Assembly: GCA_965213685.1 (NCBI GenBank)
Contig: CBDBZY010000042.1
Coordinates: 1-63,665 of the forward strand
DNA: 63,665 nucleotides
Direction: 5' to 3'
Source of the DNA: a bacterium
Lineage (GTDB): Bacteria; UBA8248
Part shown: one piece after another, positions 40,161-49,680 of the stretch
Position numbering within the stretch: the first letter of the stretch is position 1
Layout: the number at the start of each line of letters is the position of its first letter
Position numbers and translations under genes: made by a program
Notes under the pieces: model-generated
What the model saw: the letters and a program-made list of their open reading frames with translations, nothing else
Databases searched by the model: none
What the model was told of the DNA's origin: nothing

Positions 40161-40299
40161 TGTCGTCTCCTGAACGCCTGGGGGGAGGATGTTGTCCATG
40201 CGCACGGCTGCGGACGCCCACGCGCGGAATCGCTTCATTTCGCCCGGAGAGAATACAGGCAGCGGGCCGCATTATACAGAACGCCCCGGGAGCCCGAAA

Positions 40300-41463
40300 A
40301 TGAATGACGGCGAATTCACCTGCCTGGACTGCGAGAGGAGATACCCCTGGAGCGTCCCGCGCTGGCGATGCGCCTGCGGCGGGCCTCTGGAGGTGGAGCC
40401 GGGCCGCATCTTCACGCGCGAATCCCTCGCGGGGCGGCCCGCCAGCCTCTGGCGCTACCGCGAGGCCATCCCGATCCTCCACGACGCGAGCGTCGTCAGC
40501 ATGGGCGAGGGCATGACGCCGCTCGTCCCCGTCCCCTTCTCCGGCATGGAGGCGCTCTGCAAGCTCGATTTCCTGTTCCCCACCGGCTCGTTCAAGGATC
40601 GCGGCGCCGCCGTGCTCATCAGCAAGCTGCGGGAATGGGGAATCGCGCGGGCACTGGCCGATTCCTCCGGCAACGCGGCCGCCGCCATCGCCGCATACGC
40701 CGCCCGCGCCGGAATCGGGTGCGACATCTACGTCCCCGCCTCCACCTCCGCCGCCAAATGCGCGCAAATCGCCGCCTACGGCGCAGCGCTCCGAAAAATC
40801 GCCGGCCCCAGGGACGCCGCCACGTCCGCCGCCATGGAGGCGGCGGGGGAGCGCTTCTACGCCTCCCATTTCTGGAACCCCTGGTTCCACCACGGAACCA
40901 AGACCTGGGCGTTCGAGACGTGGGAGCAGCTCGGCTTCCGCGCCCCGGACGCCGTCGTCGTCCCCGCAGGGCAGGGGTCGATGCTCCTCGGCGCACACCG
41001 GGGCTTCGCCGAACTCCTCCGGGCGGGCTTCATCGGCGAACTTCCCCGGATATTCGCCGCGCAGGCGGCCGGCTGTGCGCCCATGGTGCGGATGTGGGAG
41101 GAGAACCTCGAAACCCTCCCCGCATTCCAGGCCTTGCCCACGATGGCGGAGGGCATCGCCACATCCCGGCCCGTCCGCTGGAAGCAGATGCGCACGGCCG
41201 TGCGCGAGAGCGGGGGACGCTTTCTCGCGGTCGAGGACGCGCGGCTGCCCCCCATCCTCCGGGCGTTCGCCCGCAAGGGAATCTTCATGGAGCCCACGAG
41301 TGCCGTCGCGTTCGCCGCCGCCACCCTGCTGCGGGAGGAGGGGGAGATTCGCCCCTCCGACGCGCTCGTCATTCCGGTGACGGGCCACGGCCTCAAGGCC
41401 GCCGACAAGATGGAGAAATGGACGGGCGGCGCATCGAACGAACCCGGCGGCGGGTGTGCCTGA
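40300..41463 (+). CDS. Threonine synthase-like PLP-dependent enzyme
   Basis: CxxC..CxCG N-terminus, GEGMTPL, PTGSFKDRG, SSGNAA, EPTSA, TGHGLK. Confidence 0.88.
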   Translation: MNDGEFTCLDCERRYPWSVPRWRCACGGPLEVEPGRIFTRESLAGRPASLWRYREAIPILHDASVVSMGEGMTPLVPVPFSGMEALCKLDFLFPTGSFKDRGAAVLISKLREWGIARALADSSGNAAAAIAAYAARAGIGCDIYVPASTSAAKCAQIAAYGAALRKIAGPRDAATSAAMEAAGERFYASHFWNPWFHHGTKTWAFETWEQLGFRAPDAVVVPAGQGSMLLGAHRGFAELLRAGFIGELPRIFAAQAAGCAPMVRMWEENLETLPAFQALPTMAEGIATSRPVRWKQMRTAVRESGGRFLAVEDARLPPILRAFARKGIFMEPTSAVAFAAATLLREEGEIRPSDALVIPVTGHGLKAADKMEKWTGGASNEPGGGCA

Positions 41464-41534
41464 CGGATTTCTTTCCCCGGGCGGAGAGGAGCGCGAAGGC
41501 TCGTTTCCGGCCGGGCGTCCGGTCTCCCGGCGCA

Positions 41535-41564
41535 TTGACTCCTGCGCCCGCGATTCCCTATCAT
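41535..41564 (+). promoter_or_regulatory. Possible sigma70 promoter of the M20 gene
   Basis: TTGACT-N18-TATCAT. Confidence 0.4.
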
Positions 41565-41624
41565 TACCGCCCGATGGACGGAGCAGAACCGGCGCATGGA
41601 ACCGCCTGGAAGGGGATGCTTTTC

Positions 41625-42833
41625 ATGGACAACGGCACCATCGCCCCCGTTCCCGTGGACGGGGACTACATCGTCGAGCTCGCGCGCGAGCTGATTCGGA
41701 TACCGGCGGAAAACCCGCCGGGCGACTGCTCCGCCATCGCGGAGCGCATTCTGGCGGAGCTCCGGTCGATCGGCGTGGACGACGTCGCCACCCACGAATA
41801 CAAGGCGGGGATGCCGAACTTCATCATTCAGACGGGCGACGGAGGCGCGGGCGGCCACTTCGTCATCGGCGGCCATATGGACACCGTGCCCGTCCATCCC
41901 GACGAGGTGGACGCATGGCAAGCTCCCCCCTTCGGCGGCGAACTCCGGGGGGACGAAATATGGGGCCGCGGCGCAGCCGACATGAAGGGGGCGCTCGCCT
42001 CGACCATCGGCGCGCTCAAGGCGCTGCGGGATGAAAACGTCCGCCTGCGCGGCACCCTCACCTGGGTGTTGCTCTCCGACGGGGAGAAGGGCGACTACTA
42101 CGGCGCGCAATCCCTGGCGGACAACGGCATCCTCAAAGGGCTGGGCGGCGACATGGTGCTCTACACCGAATCGACGGGCAACAACATCATCCGCTCCTTC
42201 AAGGGGCGGGTGTTCTTCGAGGTCAGGACGCGCGGGCGGTCGGTGCACGTGAGCGTGCCAGAAAAGGGGGTCAACGCCATCGAGAAAATGGCGAGAATCA
42301 TCGACGCCTTCCGCGCCGAGCGCATCGCGCCCCCGCCGCACCCGTTCCTGGGGCCCGCCACCCTCGCCTTCTCCACCATCCGGGGAGGCTCGGCCGTCAA
42401 CGTCGTGGGCGGGCGCTGCAGCGCCACGTTCGACGTGCGGATGCTGCCGGGCCAGACCGCAGCCGGCGTTCAGGAACAGCTCGAAGGCATTCTGGCGGAA
42501 CTCGCGCGGGAGGACCCGGATTTCGACGCATCCATCGAGATCATGCCCAGCGGCGCGCGCGAGGTGACGGAAATCGCCGAGGAGGAGCCCGTCGTGCAGC
42601 TCATGCGGCGGGTCGTCCCCGCCGTCCGGGGAACGCCGAACGAGTATCTGCCCGGCATCGAATCCCCGGGCGCGCTGCGGCTGTTCATCGAAAACGGCAT
42701 TCCGGGGATATTCTTCGGCCCCGGCGAGTTCATCTCCGAGGCGCACCTGCCAAACGAGCGCGTGCCGGCGCAAAACCTCATCCACGCCGCAGGCATGTTC
42801 GCCACGGCCGCCAAGGCGCACTGCGGCGCATAG
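41625..42833 (+). CDS. M20 family (ArgE/DapE-like) deacylase
   Basis: ENPPG, GHMDTVP, GRGAADMKG, G.NAI, GPG..AHLPNE. Confidence 0.87.
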   Translation: MDNGTIAPVPVDGDYIVELARELIRIPAENPPGDCSAIAERILAELRSIGVDDVATHEYKAGMPNFIIQTGDGGAGGHFVIGGHMDTVPVHPDEVDAWQAPPFGGELRGDEIWGRGAADMKGALASTIGALKALRDENVRLRGTLTWVLLSDGEKGDYYGAQSLADNGILKGLGGDMVLYTESTGNNIIRSFKGRVFFEVRTRGRSVHVSVPEKGVNAIEKMARIIDAFRAERIAPPPHPFLGPATLAFSTIRGGSAVNVVGGRCSATFDVRMLPGQTAAGVQEQLEGILAELAREDPDFDASIEIMPSGAREVTEIAEEEPVVQLMRRVVPAVRGTPNEYLPGIESPGALRLFIENGIPGIFFGPGEFISEAHLPNERVPAQNLIHAAGMFATAAKAHCGA

Positions 42834-42853
42834 ACGCAGGCCGCCGCATCCGC

Positions 42854-42870
42854 GGGGGGGGGGGGGGGGG
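42854..42870 (+). repeat. Poly-G tract (17 nt) between convergent genes
   Basis: Read directly from the sequence. Confidence 0.85.
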
Positions 42871-42872
42871 CT

Positions 42873-43250
42873 TCAATACCCCTCGTCTATCACCTCCTTG
42901 AGCTGCGTGCACCCGGCCACCAACGCCGTCATTCCGCACGGAGGCAGCATGCACTCCAGCGCCTCGGTCGCCTCCTCGACCGTCGCGCCGAGCTGGAGGG
43001 CTTTCTTCAGGTGGTTCCGGATGCCCTCCGTGTCGGACGGGTCGCGCGAGGCGCTCGCCACGGCGATAAACAGCTCCTTGTATTTTTCGGGAAACGGCCC
43101 CTGCTTCTTCATGATGTGGTTCTTCAGGTTCTCGTAATTCTCCAGAAGGTCCGGGTCCACCTCGCACAAAAGCGCATAGGCCGGATAAATGAACCCGCGG
43201 GCCGCCTTCATTTGCTCATACAGCGCCTTGCCGCGCTCGCTCATCGCCAT
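42873..43250 (-). CDS. Carboxymuconolactone decarboxylase (CMD/AhpD) family protein
   Basis: DPDLLENY, PEKYKELFIAV, HLKKALQLGATVEE. Confidence 0.8.
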   Translation of the reverse strand: MAMSERGKALYEQMKAARGFIYPAYALLCEVDPDLLENYENLKNHIMKKQGPFPEKYKELFIAVASASRDPSDTEGIRNHLKKALQLGATVEEATEALECMLPPCGMTALVAGCTQLKEVIDEGY

Positions 43251-43301
43251 CGTGAATCCCCCCCGGCGCGCGCGTCCTGGCACCGCGCGCCTCCGATCGG
43301 T

Positions 43302-44072
43302 TTATGGATACACTTCCTTCTCCAGCACGGAGGCCTCATGCCCGGGCAGGATGTACTCCTCCTTGCTCGCCCGGTTGATGCACTTCCAGATCGAATCCAT
43401 CGCGTCCTTCATGCTCGACATCTGGCCGGCGGGGACGCGGCGCTCCAGACCCTCCTGGATCTGAATCACGTCGGCGGCGATCACGTATGTGCCCACGCGC
43501 GTCTCCACGGCGACGGAACAATGTCCCGGCGTGTGGCCCGGCGTGTGGAAATAGGTGACGCCCGGCACGATCTCGAAATTGTCCGTCCAGATGGGCTCGA
43601 AGATGATGCCCTGCTGCGCGACCATCGGCCAGCGGGTGTTGGGGTGAATCGGCGCGTCATAGGGCTTGGACTGCAACGCGACCGGACAGATGGAGTATTG
43701 GAGCTCATACGCCCACACGTATTTGACGGCGTTGGTGAACAGGTCGCAGTTCTGGGAATGATCCCAGTGCAGGTGGGTGAGAATCAGGATGTCCACCTCC
43801 TCGGGCCTCCAGCCCGCCCCCTCGAGCTGCTCCCGCACGCCCTGGCCGGGCTCCCTGCTCGCGGGCCAAGGGGCACCGCCGCGCTCGGGGTCCAGAAAAC
43901 TGGTGTCGACCACGATTTTCACGTCCTTCCCCTCGTGATCCTTCGCCCCCTCTATCATGTAGATGAACGAGGGGATGGCGAGCTTCGTCCCGAAATTCGT
44001 CCAATACACCATGTTGGAGTAATCGGTATGAATGGTGCCGCAGTTCAGCGGACGGATGGTGAGGTCTGGCAT
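43302..44072 (-). CDS. Metallo-beta-lactamase fold, N-acyl homoserine lactonase-like
   Basis: VVDT, THLHWDH, TPGHTPGH, AAD, PGHE. Confidence 0.87.
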   Translation of the reverse strand: MPDLTIRPLNCGTIHTDYSNMVYWTNFGTKLAIPSFIYMIEGAKDHEGKDVKIVVDTSFLDPERGGAPWPASREPGQGVREQLEGAGWRPEEVDILILTHLHWDHSQNCDLFTNAVKYVWAYELQYSICPVALQSKPYDAPIHPNTRWPMVAQQGIIFEPIWTDNFEIVPGVTYFHTPGHTPGHCSVAVETRVGTYVIAADVIQIQEGLERRVPAGQMSSMKDAMDSIWKCINRASKEEYILPGHEASVLEKEVYP

Positions 44073-44191
44073 GGATCTGTCCTTTCCGGGTTGGTTTGTC
44101 CCGCGACCGCACGAGGGCCGCAATCAAACGATGGCAACGGTTGCCTGATAATCGCCGGGCCGGGCGGGGCCGGCGACGGGGTATGCGGCTG

Positions 44192-44791
44192 TCAAGCCCG
44201 CGCGGTGCGGGAGAAGCGGACGACCTCCATCAGTTCATCGGGGCCTTCGGGCGCCACCGCGTCGAGGCCGAGTGCGAGATTCAGCCGATTGCTCATGTTG
44301 CGATACGCCACGGAGCCGATGATGTCCACGAGATTCTCCTCGCTGAAGCCCGCCGCGCGCAGCGCGTCCACATCCTCTGCGCTCATGGCATGGTGATCCA
44401 GCGTGAGCTTCTCGGCGAAGGCGAGCATCGCCTTGTCCGCGTCGTTCAAAACCGGGGAATTCTCCCTGTCCGTCACCACGGTGGCCACGTCGGCCAGCGT
44501 GATGTCCTCGCCGCTTTCAGCACGGAAAGCCTGGCCGTGGTTCATCGTTCAGCCATAACAGCCGCCGACCGTCGCCACGTAGTAGGAGAGGAGCTCCTCG
44601 CGCCTTCTGCCCAGGGTCGTATTCCCGCCGTGAACGGCCAGGTTCATCGTCTGGCGTCCGTTCAGCACGCCGGGGCTGCGCGCCATGGCGAGCAACAACT
44701 TGGGCACGGCGCCTCTTTTCGCCCGGATGCCCTCGAGTATCCCGCGCGCGGGTTCTTTCGCCTCGTTCAGCCTGACAGGGGATATCCACAT
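44192..44791 (-). CDS. AhpD-like peroxidase-related protein with in-frame UGA (putative selenocysteine, CxxU)
   Basis: ORFs 44549..44791 and 44192..44545 share a frame: GGC TGT TAT GGC TGA ACG ATG AAC CAC = G-C-Y-G-U-T-M-N-H; both halves match AhpD-type patterns (RREELL; AFAEKLT..DVDALRAAGFSE..NMSNRL). Confidence 0.8.
44510..44535 (-). promoter_or_regulatory. Candidate bacterial SECIS hairpin
   Basis: GCC-(AG bulge)-GCTTTC-[CGTGCT]-GAAAGC-GGC; loop starts 25 nt after the UGA, with G at loop position 2. Confidence 0.55.
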
Positions 44792-44803
44792 TCTCCTCTC
44801 TCC

Positions 44804-45859
44804 TCACTCATTCGACGCCGCCGCGCGCTCCTCCTGGAACGCGGGCATCACCTCCCTGGAGAATCTCTCTATCGAGCGAATCGCCTCGTCCTGGGCGATG
44901 CCGCGCAGCACGAAGATCATGACGTGGTTCACCCCGAACGCCGACTGCAGACGCTTGAGGTCGGCGATCACCTTCTCGGGCGGGCCGATGACGCCGCCCC
45001 CCTCGATGACTTCGCGGATGTTGACGTCGTAGCTCCAGTTGCGCTTGAGCGCCTCTTTCTCCTCGATGGACATCTCAATGGAATTCACCGCGCTGCGATA
45101 GGAGAGATACCAGGATTCCGAGGGCTCGATCTGCCTCCAGGCGCGCTCCGGGTCGTCGCAAACGTGCACGTGATGCGCCATGAGGGCGGGATGCGCATCC
45201 GGATCGCCGCCGCGCTTCCGCACGGCCTCGCGGAACAGCGCCATTTTCTCCAGATACACCTCGGGTCCCTTGAAAGTCCCCGAGGCCATGATGTTGAAAC
45301 CCCGCTCCCCGGCGAACACGTAGGTTTCCGGACTCGTGCCGGCCAGCCAGATGGGGGGGCGCGGCTTCTGGATGGGCTTGGGGAAAATCTCCGCGTCGAT
45401 GCAGCTGTAGTGCTTCCCCCGGAAGGTGAGGCACTCCCCCTCGAGGAGGCGGGTCAGCACCTCGATGCCCTCCTGCATCTTCTCCCTGCTGTCCGTGGGG
45501 GAGACGTCGAAGCCCTGAAACTCCTTGGGCTGGGAGCCTCGGCCTATCCCCAACTCCAGACGCCCGCCGCTCAGCACGTCGACGAGGGCGGCCTGCTCGG
45601 CGAGACGCACCGGGTTGTGAAAGGGCATGATGCAGATGGCGGTGCCGATTCTGATTTTTCTGGTTCTTTGCGCGATGGCGAGCGCCACCATGAGGGCGTC
45701 CGGGCACATGCCCACGCGCGAGAAATGGTGCTCGGCCAGGAACACGGTGTCGTAGCCCAGCGCGTCGGCCACCTCGCATTGCTCGATCAGCTGCGCGAAC
45801 TCATGCTGGTAGGTCTCCCCTTCCTGGCACGCCGGAATATAGAAAAGCGAAAATTTCAT
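44804..45859 (-). CDS. LLM class flavin-dependent oxidoreductase
   Basis: AEHHF, IRIGTA, P.HNPVRLAEQAALVDVLSGGRLELGIGRG, PKPIQKPRPPIW. Confidence 0.9.
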   Translation of the reverse strand: MKFSLFYIPACQEGETYQHEFAQLIEQCEVADALGYDTVFLAEHHFSRVGMCPDALMVALAIAQRTRKIRIGTAICIMPFHNPVRLAEQAALVDVLSGGRLELGIGRGSQPKEFQGFDVSPTDSREKMQEGIEVLTRLLEGECLTFRGKHYSCIDAEIFPKPIQKPRPPIWLAGTSPETYVFAGERGFNIMASGTFKGPEVYLEKMALFREAVRKRGGDPDAHPALMAHHVHVCDDPERAWRQIEPSESWYLSYRSAVNSIEMSIEEKEALKRNWSYDVNIREVIEGGGVIGPPEKVIADLKRLQSAFGVNHVMIFVLRGIAQDEAIRSIERFSREVMPAFQEERAAASNE

Positions 45860-45909
45860 CCCCTCCCCCACCTCTCCCTGCGAAGCCGGACAGCCAGCCG
45901 GCCGACGGG

Positions 45910-46308
45910 CTACGCGCCCATGGTGAACACCTTGTCCGCCCGAATCCGGTAGATGACGCGCACCTGGCCCGGCTGGCGGTTCGGGTAGGTGTCCTTATCC
46001 AAATACTTTTTCGACAAGGCGTCAATGTGCTCCTCCGCCCCCTGCTCGGTGATCTCCTCCACCGCCCCCTGCATCCCCACCCAGCGGTAGGCGTTTTCCG
46101 GATCGACGATGGCCATCGAGACCCGGGGGCGGGCCCGCATGTTGATGTCCTTCAAGCGCCCCTTGGCCGAATTGACGCGGAGGAAATCGCCATCGGTGTC
46201 GAACCAGACGGGCGAGACCTGGGGGGAGCCGTCCTTGTTCTGGGTGCCCAGATACAGGAGAGCCTTGGTGTCGAGAATGCCGATGTGGGAATGCGGTATC
46301 TGTGCCAT
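45910..46308 (-). CDS. PPOX-class (pyridoxamine 5'-phosphate oxidase-like) probable F420-dependent protein
   Basis: DGSPQVSPVW, GRLKDINM, DPENAYRW, HIDALSKKY. Confidence 0.85.
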   Translation of the reverse strand: MAQIPHSHIGILDTKALLYLGTQNKDGSPQVSPVWFDTDGDFLRVNSAKGRLKDINMRARPRVSMAIVDPENAYRWVGMQGAVEEITEQGAEEHIDALSKKYLDKDTYPNRQPGQVRVIYRIRADKVFTMGA

Positions 46309-46362
46309 CGAAGGAAACCCTTTATGTGAAATGGCGGCGGAGAAACGGCCCCTGGCGCGAGG

Positions 46363-47343
46363 TCATGCGCATCGGGGCAACACTTCTTCGGTGAACATTC
46401 GGAGGGATTCGTCAAAATCCTGGACCGGCGGGTCGATCATGATGCTCCGCACCCCATAGGACTCGATCTCCTGGATGCGGTCGACGCATTCGGCGGGCGT
46501 TCCCGTGATGGTGAAGCGGTCGAGTATGTAGTCGGTGATGAGGGGGACGTGCTTCGGGTCGCGCCAGTTGCTCACGTCAAAGTTCTCGAGGAGGTTCCGT
46601 ATCTCGGGCCGGAACTCCTCGGGCACGGAGTCGAGCGTCATCCGAAAATTGTGATGCGCGCGATTCGCCACCCGCGCCCGAACCTTCTCCCGGGCGCGGG
46701 CGCCGTCGCTATCGACGGAGACGACCGCGCCGAAAATGACGTCCATCTCGCCGAGGGAGGCGTCTCGGTTCGCAATCCCCTGGTTCAGATGCTTCAGAAC
46801 CCATTCCACCGTCTCCCGATAGACGCCCGAACCGACGATGACGCCGTCCGCGATTTCCCCGGACATGGCCAGCGTCCTGGGGCCTTCGGCGGAGGTGTAT
46901 ATGGGAATCTCGCGCGCGCACCACATGTTGACGTTCACGCCCTCGGCGTATTCCACCGTCTCGCCGCGCGTGAACGCGCGGACGTTTGCGATGGACTTTC
47001 GCATCGTGGCGAGCCGGGCCATCTTCTTGCCCAGGGTATAGACGGGCGTGTCGCCCGAGCCGATGCCGAATATGACGCGGCCTCCCGAGAGTTCGTCGAG
47101 CGTGGCGATGGCACTCGCCGCAACGCTGTCGTCGTGCAGAACCGGATTCGTCACCCCCGGGCCGATTTTCACGTGGTCGGTGCGCTCGATGGCCAGGGCG
47201 AGGGCGACGTTGTGATCCCGGCAGGTGAGGTGGCTCTCCGCTATCCACACCTGCGCGAAGCCGTTGTCCTCGGCATACTTCGCGCGTTCCGCCACCAGCC
47301 GGACGTCATCCGGCACCAGATGAAGACTGAAGCTCATTCCCAC
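46363..47343 (-). CDS. LLM class oxidoreductase, Mer-like (possibly F420-dependent)
   Basis: WIAESH, IGPGVTNP, ATLDELSGGR..GIGSGD, GPRTLAMSGEIADG. Confidence 0.85.
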   Translation of the reverse strand: MGMSFSLHLVPDDVRLVAERAKYAEDNGFAQVWIAESHLTCRDHNVALALAIERTDHVKIGPGVTNPVLHDDSVAASAIATLDELSGGRVIFGIGSGDTPVYTLGKKMARLATMRKSIANVRAFTRGETVEYAEGVNVNMWCAREIPIYTSAEGPRTLAMSGEIADGVIVGSGVYRETVEWVLKHLNQGIANRDASLGEMDVIFGAVVSVDSDGARAREKVRARVANRAHHNFRMTLDSVPEEFRPEIRNLLENFDVSNWRDPKHVPLITDYILDRFTITGTPAECVDRIQEIESYGVRSIMIDPPVQDFDESLRMFTEEVLPRCA

Positions 47344-47381
47344 GCGCAGACTCCTCCCGAATTCTCAGATGCGACGCGCCC

Positions 47382-48452
47382 TCAAGAGGGATTCCCCCTC
47401 GCTCCGGCGGGTTCAGCTGCGTTCACCAGCGGCATGACGTCCCTGGCGAAACTCTCGAGGGACTTCATCACCGCAGCATGGTCCGGCCCCCGCCAGGGCG
47501 CCAGTATGACATGATTGACCCCATACTCGTCGCGCAGCCTGCAGACGTCCTGCGCGACAGCCTCCGGGTCTCCGATGACGCCGCCGCCCCGGACAATTTC
47601 CGCAACGCTCAGCTCATAACTCCAGTTGCGCTTCAGGTGTTTCGCCTCCTCCTCGGGCAACTCCACCTGGTTCACGCGCGCCCGGCAGCGCAGGTATTCG
47701 CCCTCGCCCTCCTCGGTGAGCCGAACGTATTTGTCCGCCTCCCCCTTGTCGCACACGTGCAGGTGGTGAACGAGCAGCCTTTCTATCCGGGAAGCGTCGC
47801 GGCCCGAATTTCTGAGGGCGTCCTCATACAACTGGTACTTTTGTTTATAGACATCCGGCCCCGTGAACCCGGCCGAGGCCATCACCTTGTATCCGTTCTC
47901 CCCGGCGTAGGCGTATGTTTCCGGGCTCGTCCCGGCCAGCCAGACGGGAGGCCGGGGCTTCTGCAGCGGCTTCGGGAAAATCTCCACGTCCCGGCACTGG
48001 TAATACCGCCCCTGAAACGTCACCTTCTCCCCCTCCAGAAGACGCGAGAGAACGTGCAACCCCTCCTGGAGGCGCGCGCGGCTCTCCGAGGGCCTGGCGC
48101 AGAACGCCTGAAACTCCTTGGGCTGAGAGCCCCGCCCGATCCCCAGCTCGAGCCTGCCGCCGCTCAGCAGATCGACCATGGCGGCCTGTTCCGCCAGCCG
48201 GATGGGGTCATGAAACGGCATGATGGAAATGGCCGTTCCCAGATGGATGCGCCTTGTTTTTTGCGCCACCGCAGCACAAACGAGGAGCGGATCCGGCATC
48301 ATCCCGACCCGGGAGAAATGATGCTCGGCGTACCAGACGCACGAGTAGCCCAGCGCATCCGCCAGAACGCTCTCCTCCATCATCTCCCCGTACGCCCGGG
48401 CTTCGCTCACCCCTTCCGGACGATACAGGATGTAGAACAAGGAAAAATCCAT
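47382..48452 (-). CDS. LLM class flavin-dependent oxidoreductase
   Basis: AEHHFSRVG, PFHDPIRLAEQAAMVDLLSGGRLELGIGRG. Confidence 0.9.
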   Translation of the reverse strand: MDFSLFYILYRPEGVSEARAYGEMMEESVLADALGYSCVWYAEHHFSRVGMMPDPLLVCAAVAQKTRRIHLGTAISIMPFHDPIRLAEQAAMVDLLSGGRLELGIGRGSQPKEFQAFCARPSESRARLQEGLHVLSRLLEGEKVTFQGRYYQCRDVEIFPKPLQKPRPPVWLAGTSPETYAYAGENGYKVMASAGFTGPDVYKQKYQLYEDALRNSGRDASRIERLLVHHLHVCDKGEADKYVRLTEEGEGEYLRCRARVNQVELPEEEAKHLKRNWSYELSVAEIVRGGGVIGDPEAVAQDVCRLRDEYGVNHVILAPWRGPDHAAVMKSLESFARDVMPLVNAAEPAGARGNPS

Positions 48453-48718
48453 TCGACAACTCCTCGACTCCCGCGGGACGAAACGCTCCCGGACGGATTC
48501 TTCTCCATCGGCCGCAAGAGCGTCCCGCACCAGGGAGGAAACACTGGCCCTTCGCATTTCCCGCATCCGGGATTGGCGATTATAATGCCGACAGAACCAC
48601 GATGCCGTCAAGGATGCGCGACCCTTTCGTCCATCTTCCCGGATGATGAAACATCCTTACCGCCCCGCGCGCGACGGGGTGCGCCCGGTGCGACGTTCTC
48701 CCGGAAAGGGGGCAGTTT

Positions 48719-49477
48719 TTGACTTCTTTGGCCTTCATCGCCGTCTTTTGCGCCGCGTTCATCGGCTCCGGCCTCAAGGCGGTGGGCGGATTCGGCTTCG
48801 CCACCCTGACGACGCCCACCGTGGCCATTTTCTGGGACGTGCCCACGGCGATTGCCGTCATCTCCGTCCCCACCCTCTGCACGAGCCTCCTGAACGCCTG
48901 GCGCACGCGCGGGGCGGTTCAAGAGGGGCTCGCGCCCTTCGTCCCCTTTTTCCTGATGAGCCTGGTGGGCCTGGCCGCGGGCCTGACGATTCTCCTCAAC
49001 GCCGACCCCCGTCTGATGAAGCTCATCCTGGGCGCCTTCCTGATCTGCCAGCTCACCTGGCAATGGATGCGTCCCGAAAAATCCGCGCCCGAGGATTCCC
49101 TGAAACGCTCCCTGGGCATGGGAGCGGTCGCCGGGCTGATGCTGGGCACCATCAACATCCCCTCCCATGTCATCGCCTCCTACCTCACGGGGATGAGAAT
49201 CTCGAAAGAGCGGTATCTGTTCGTGCTGAGCACCAGCCAGGTGGTGCTTCGGGTCGCGGCGATCGCCTCCATCGCGGCCGCGGGATTCATCACCCCGAAA
49301 GCCGTGTGGCTCATCCTCGTGCTGACGACGCCGGTGCTGCTCGGGTTTTTCGTGGGGACGAAGATATATGGCGTTTTCACGGACCAGCTGTTCTTCCGCA
49401 TCGTCACGCTGGCTCTGTTCCTGATGGGCGTCGTGCTCGTCGCCATGAACGCGAAAGCACTCGCCATCTTTCATTGA
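48719..49477 (+). CDS. TauE/SafE (sulfite exporter) family membrane protein
   Basis: KAVGGFGFATL..P, about 8 TM segments; TTG start. Confidence 0.8.
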   Translation: MTSLAFIAVFCAAFIGSGLKAVGGFGFATLTTPTVAIFWDVPTAIAVISVPTLCTSLLNAWRTRGAVQEGLAPFVPFFLMSLVGLAAGLTILLNADPRLMKLILGAFLICQLTWQWMRPEKSAPEDSLKRSLGMGAVAGLMLGTINIPSHVIASYLTGMRISKERYLFVLSTSQVVLRVAAIASIAAAGFITPKAVWLILVLTTPVLLGFFVGTKIYGVFTDQLFFRIVTLALFLMGVVLVAMNAKALAIFH

Positions 49478-49633
49478 ACCCATCACAAGGCGCGAGCGGG
49501 GGTGGGGGGCTCCTCAGGCGCTCCCGGGCCCGAGGGCAGGCGGTGCGGGCGCGGGAATTGACGAGGGCGAAGCACCTGCGGTATTTTCTTCCGTACCCAT
49601 TGCGGAAAATTGAAAATGCGAGGCCGCGCGCGC

Positions 49634-49663
49634 TTTCATCAAGGTATTTCATCAAAGTATTTC
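49634..49663 (+). repeat. 13-bp tandem repeat upstream of the ABC ATPase
   Basis: TTTCATCAAGGTA-TTTCATCAAAGTA-TTTC. Confidence 0.7.
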
Positions 49664-49680
49664 TAAAAGGACCGAACAAA

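Noticed and set aside
36274-41535. 1753-aa minus-strand ORF
   Set aside because: Shadow of cyt b, HAO and the PLP enzyme and out of frame with the M24 gene; no motifs; long stop-free frames are expected at this GC content
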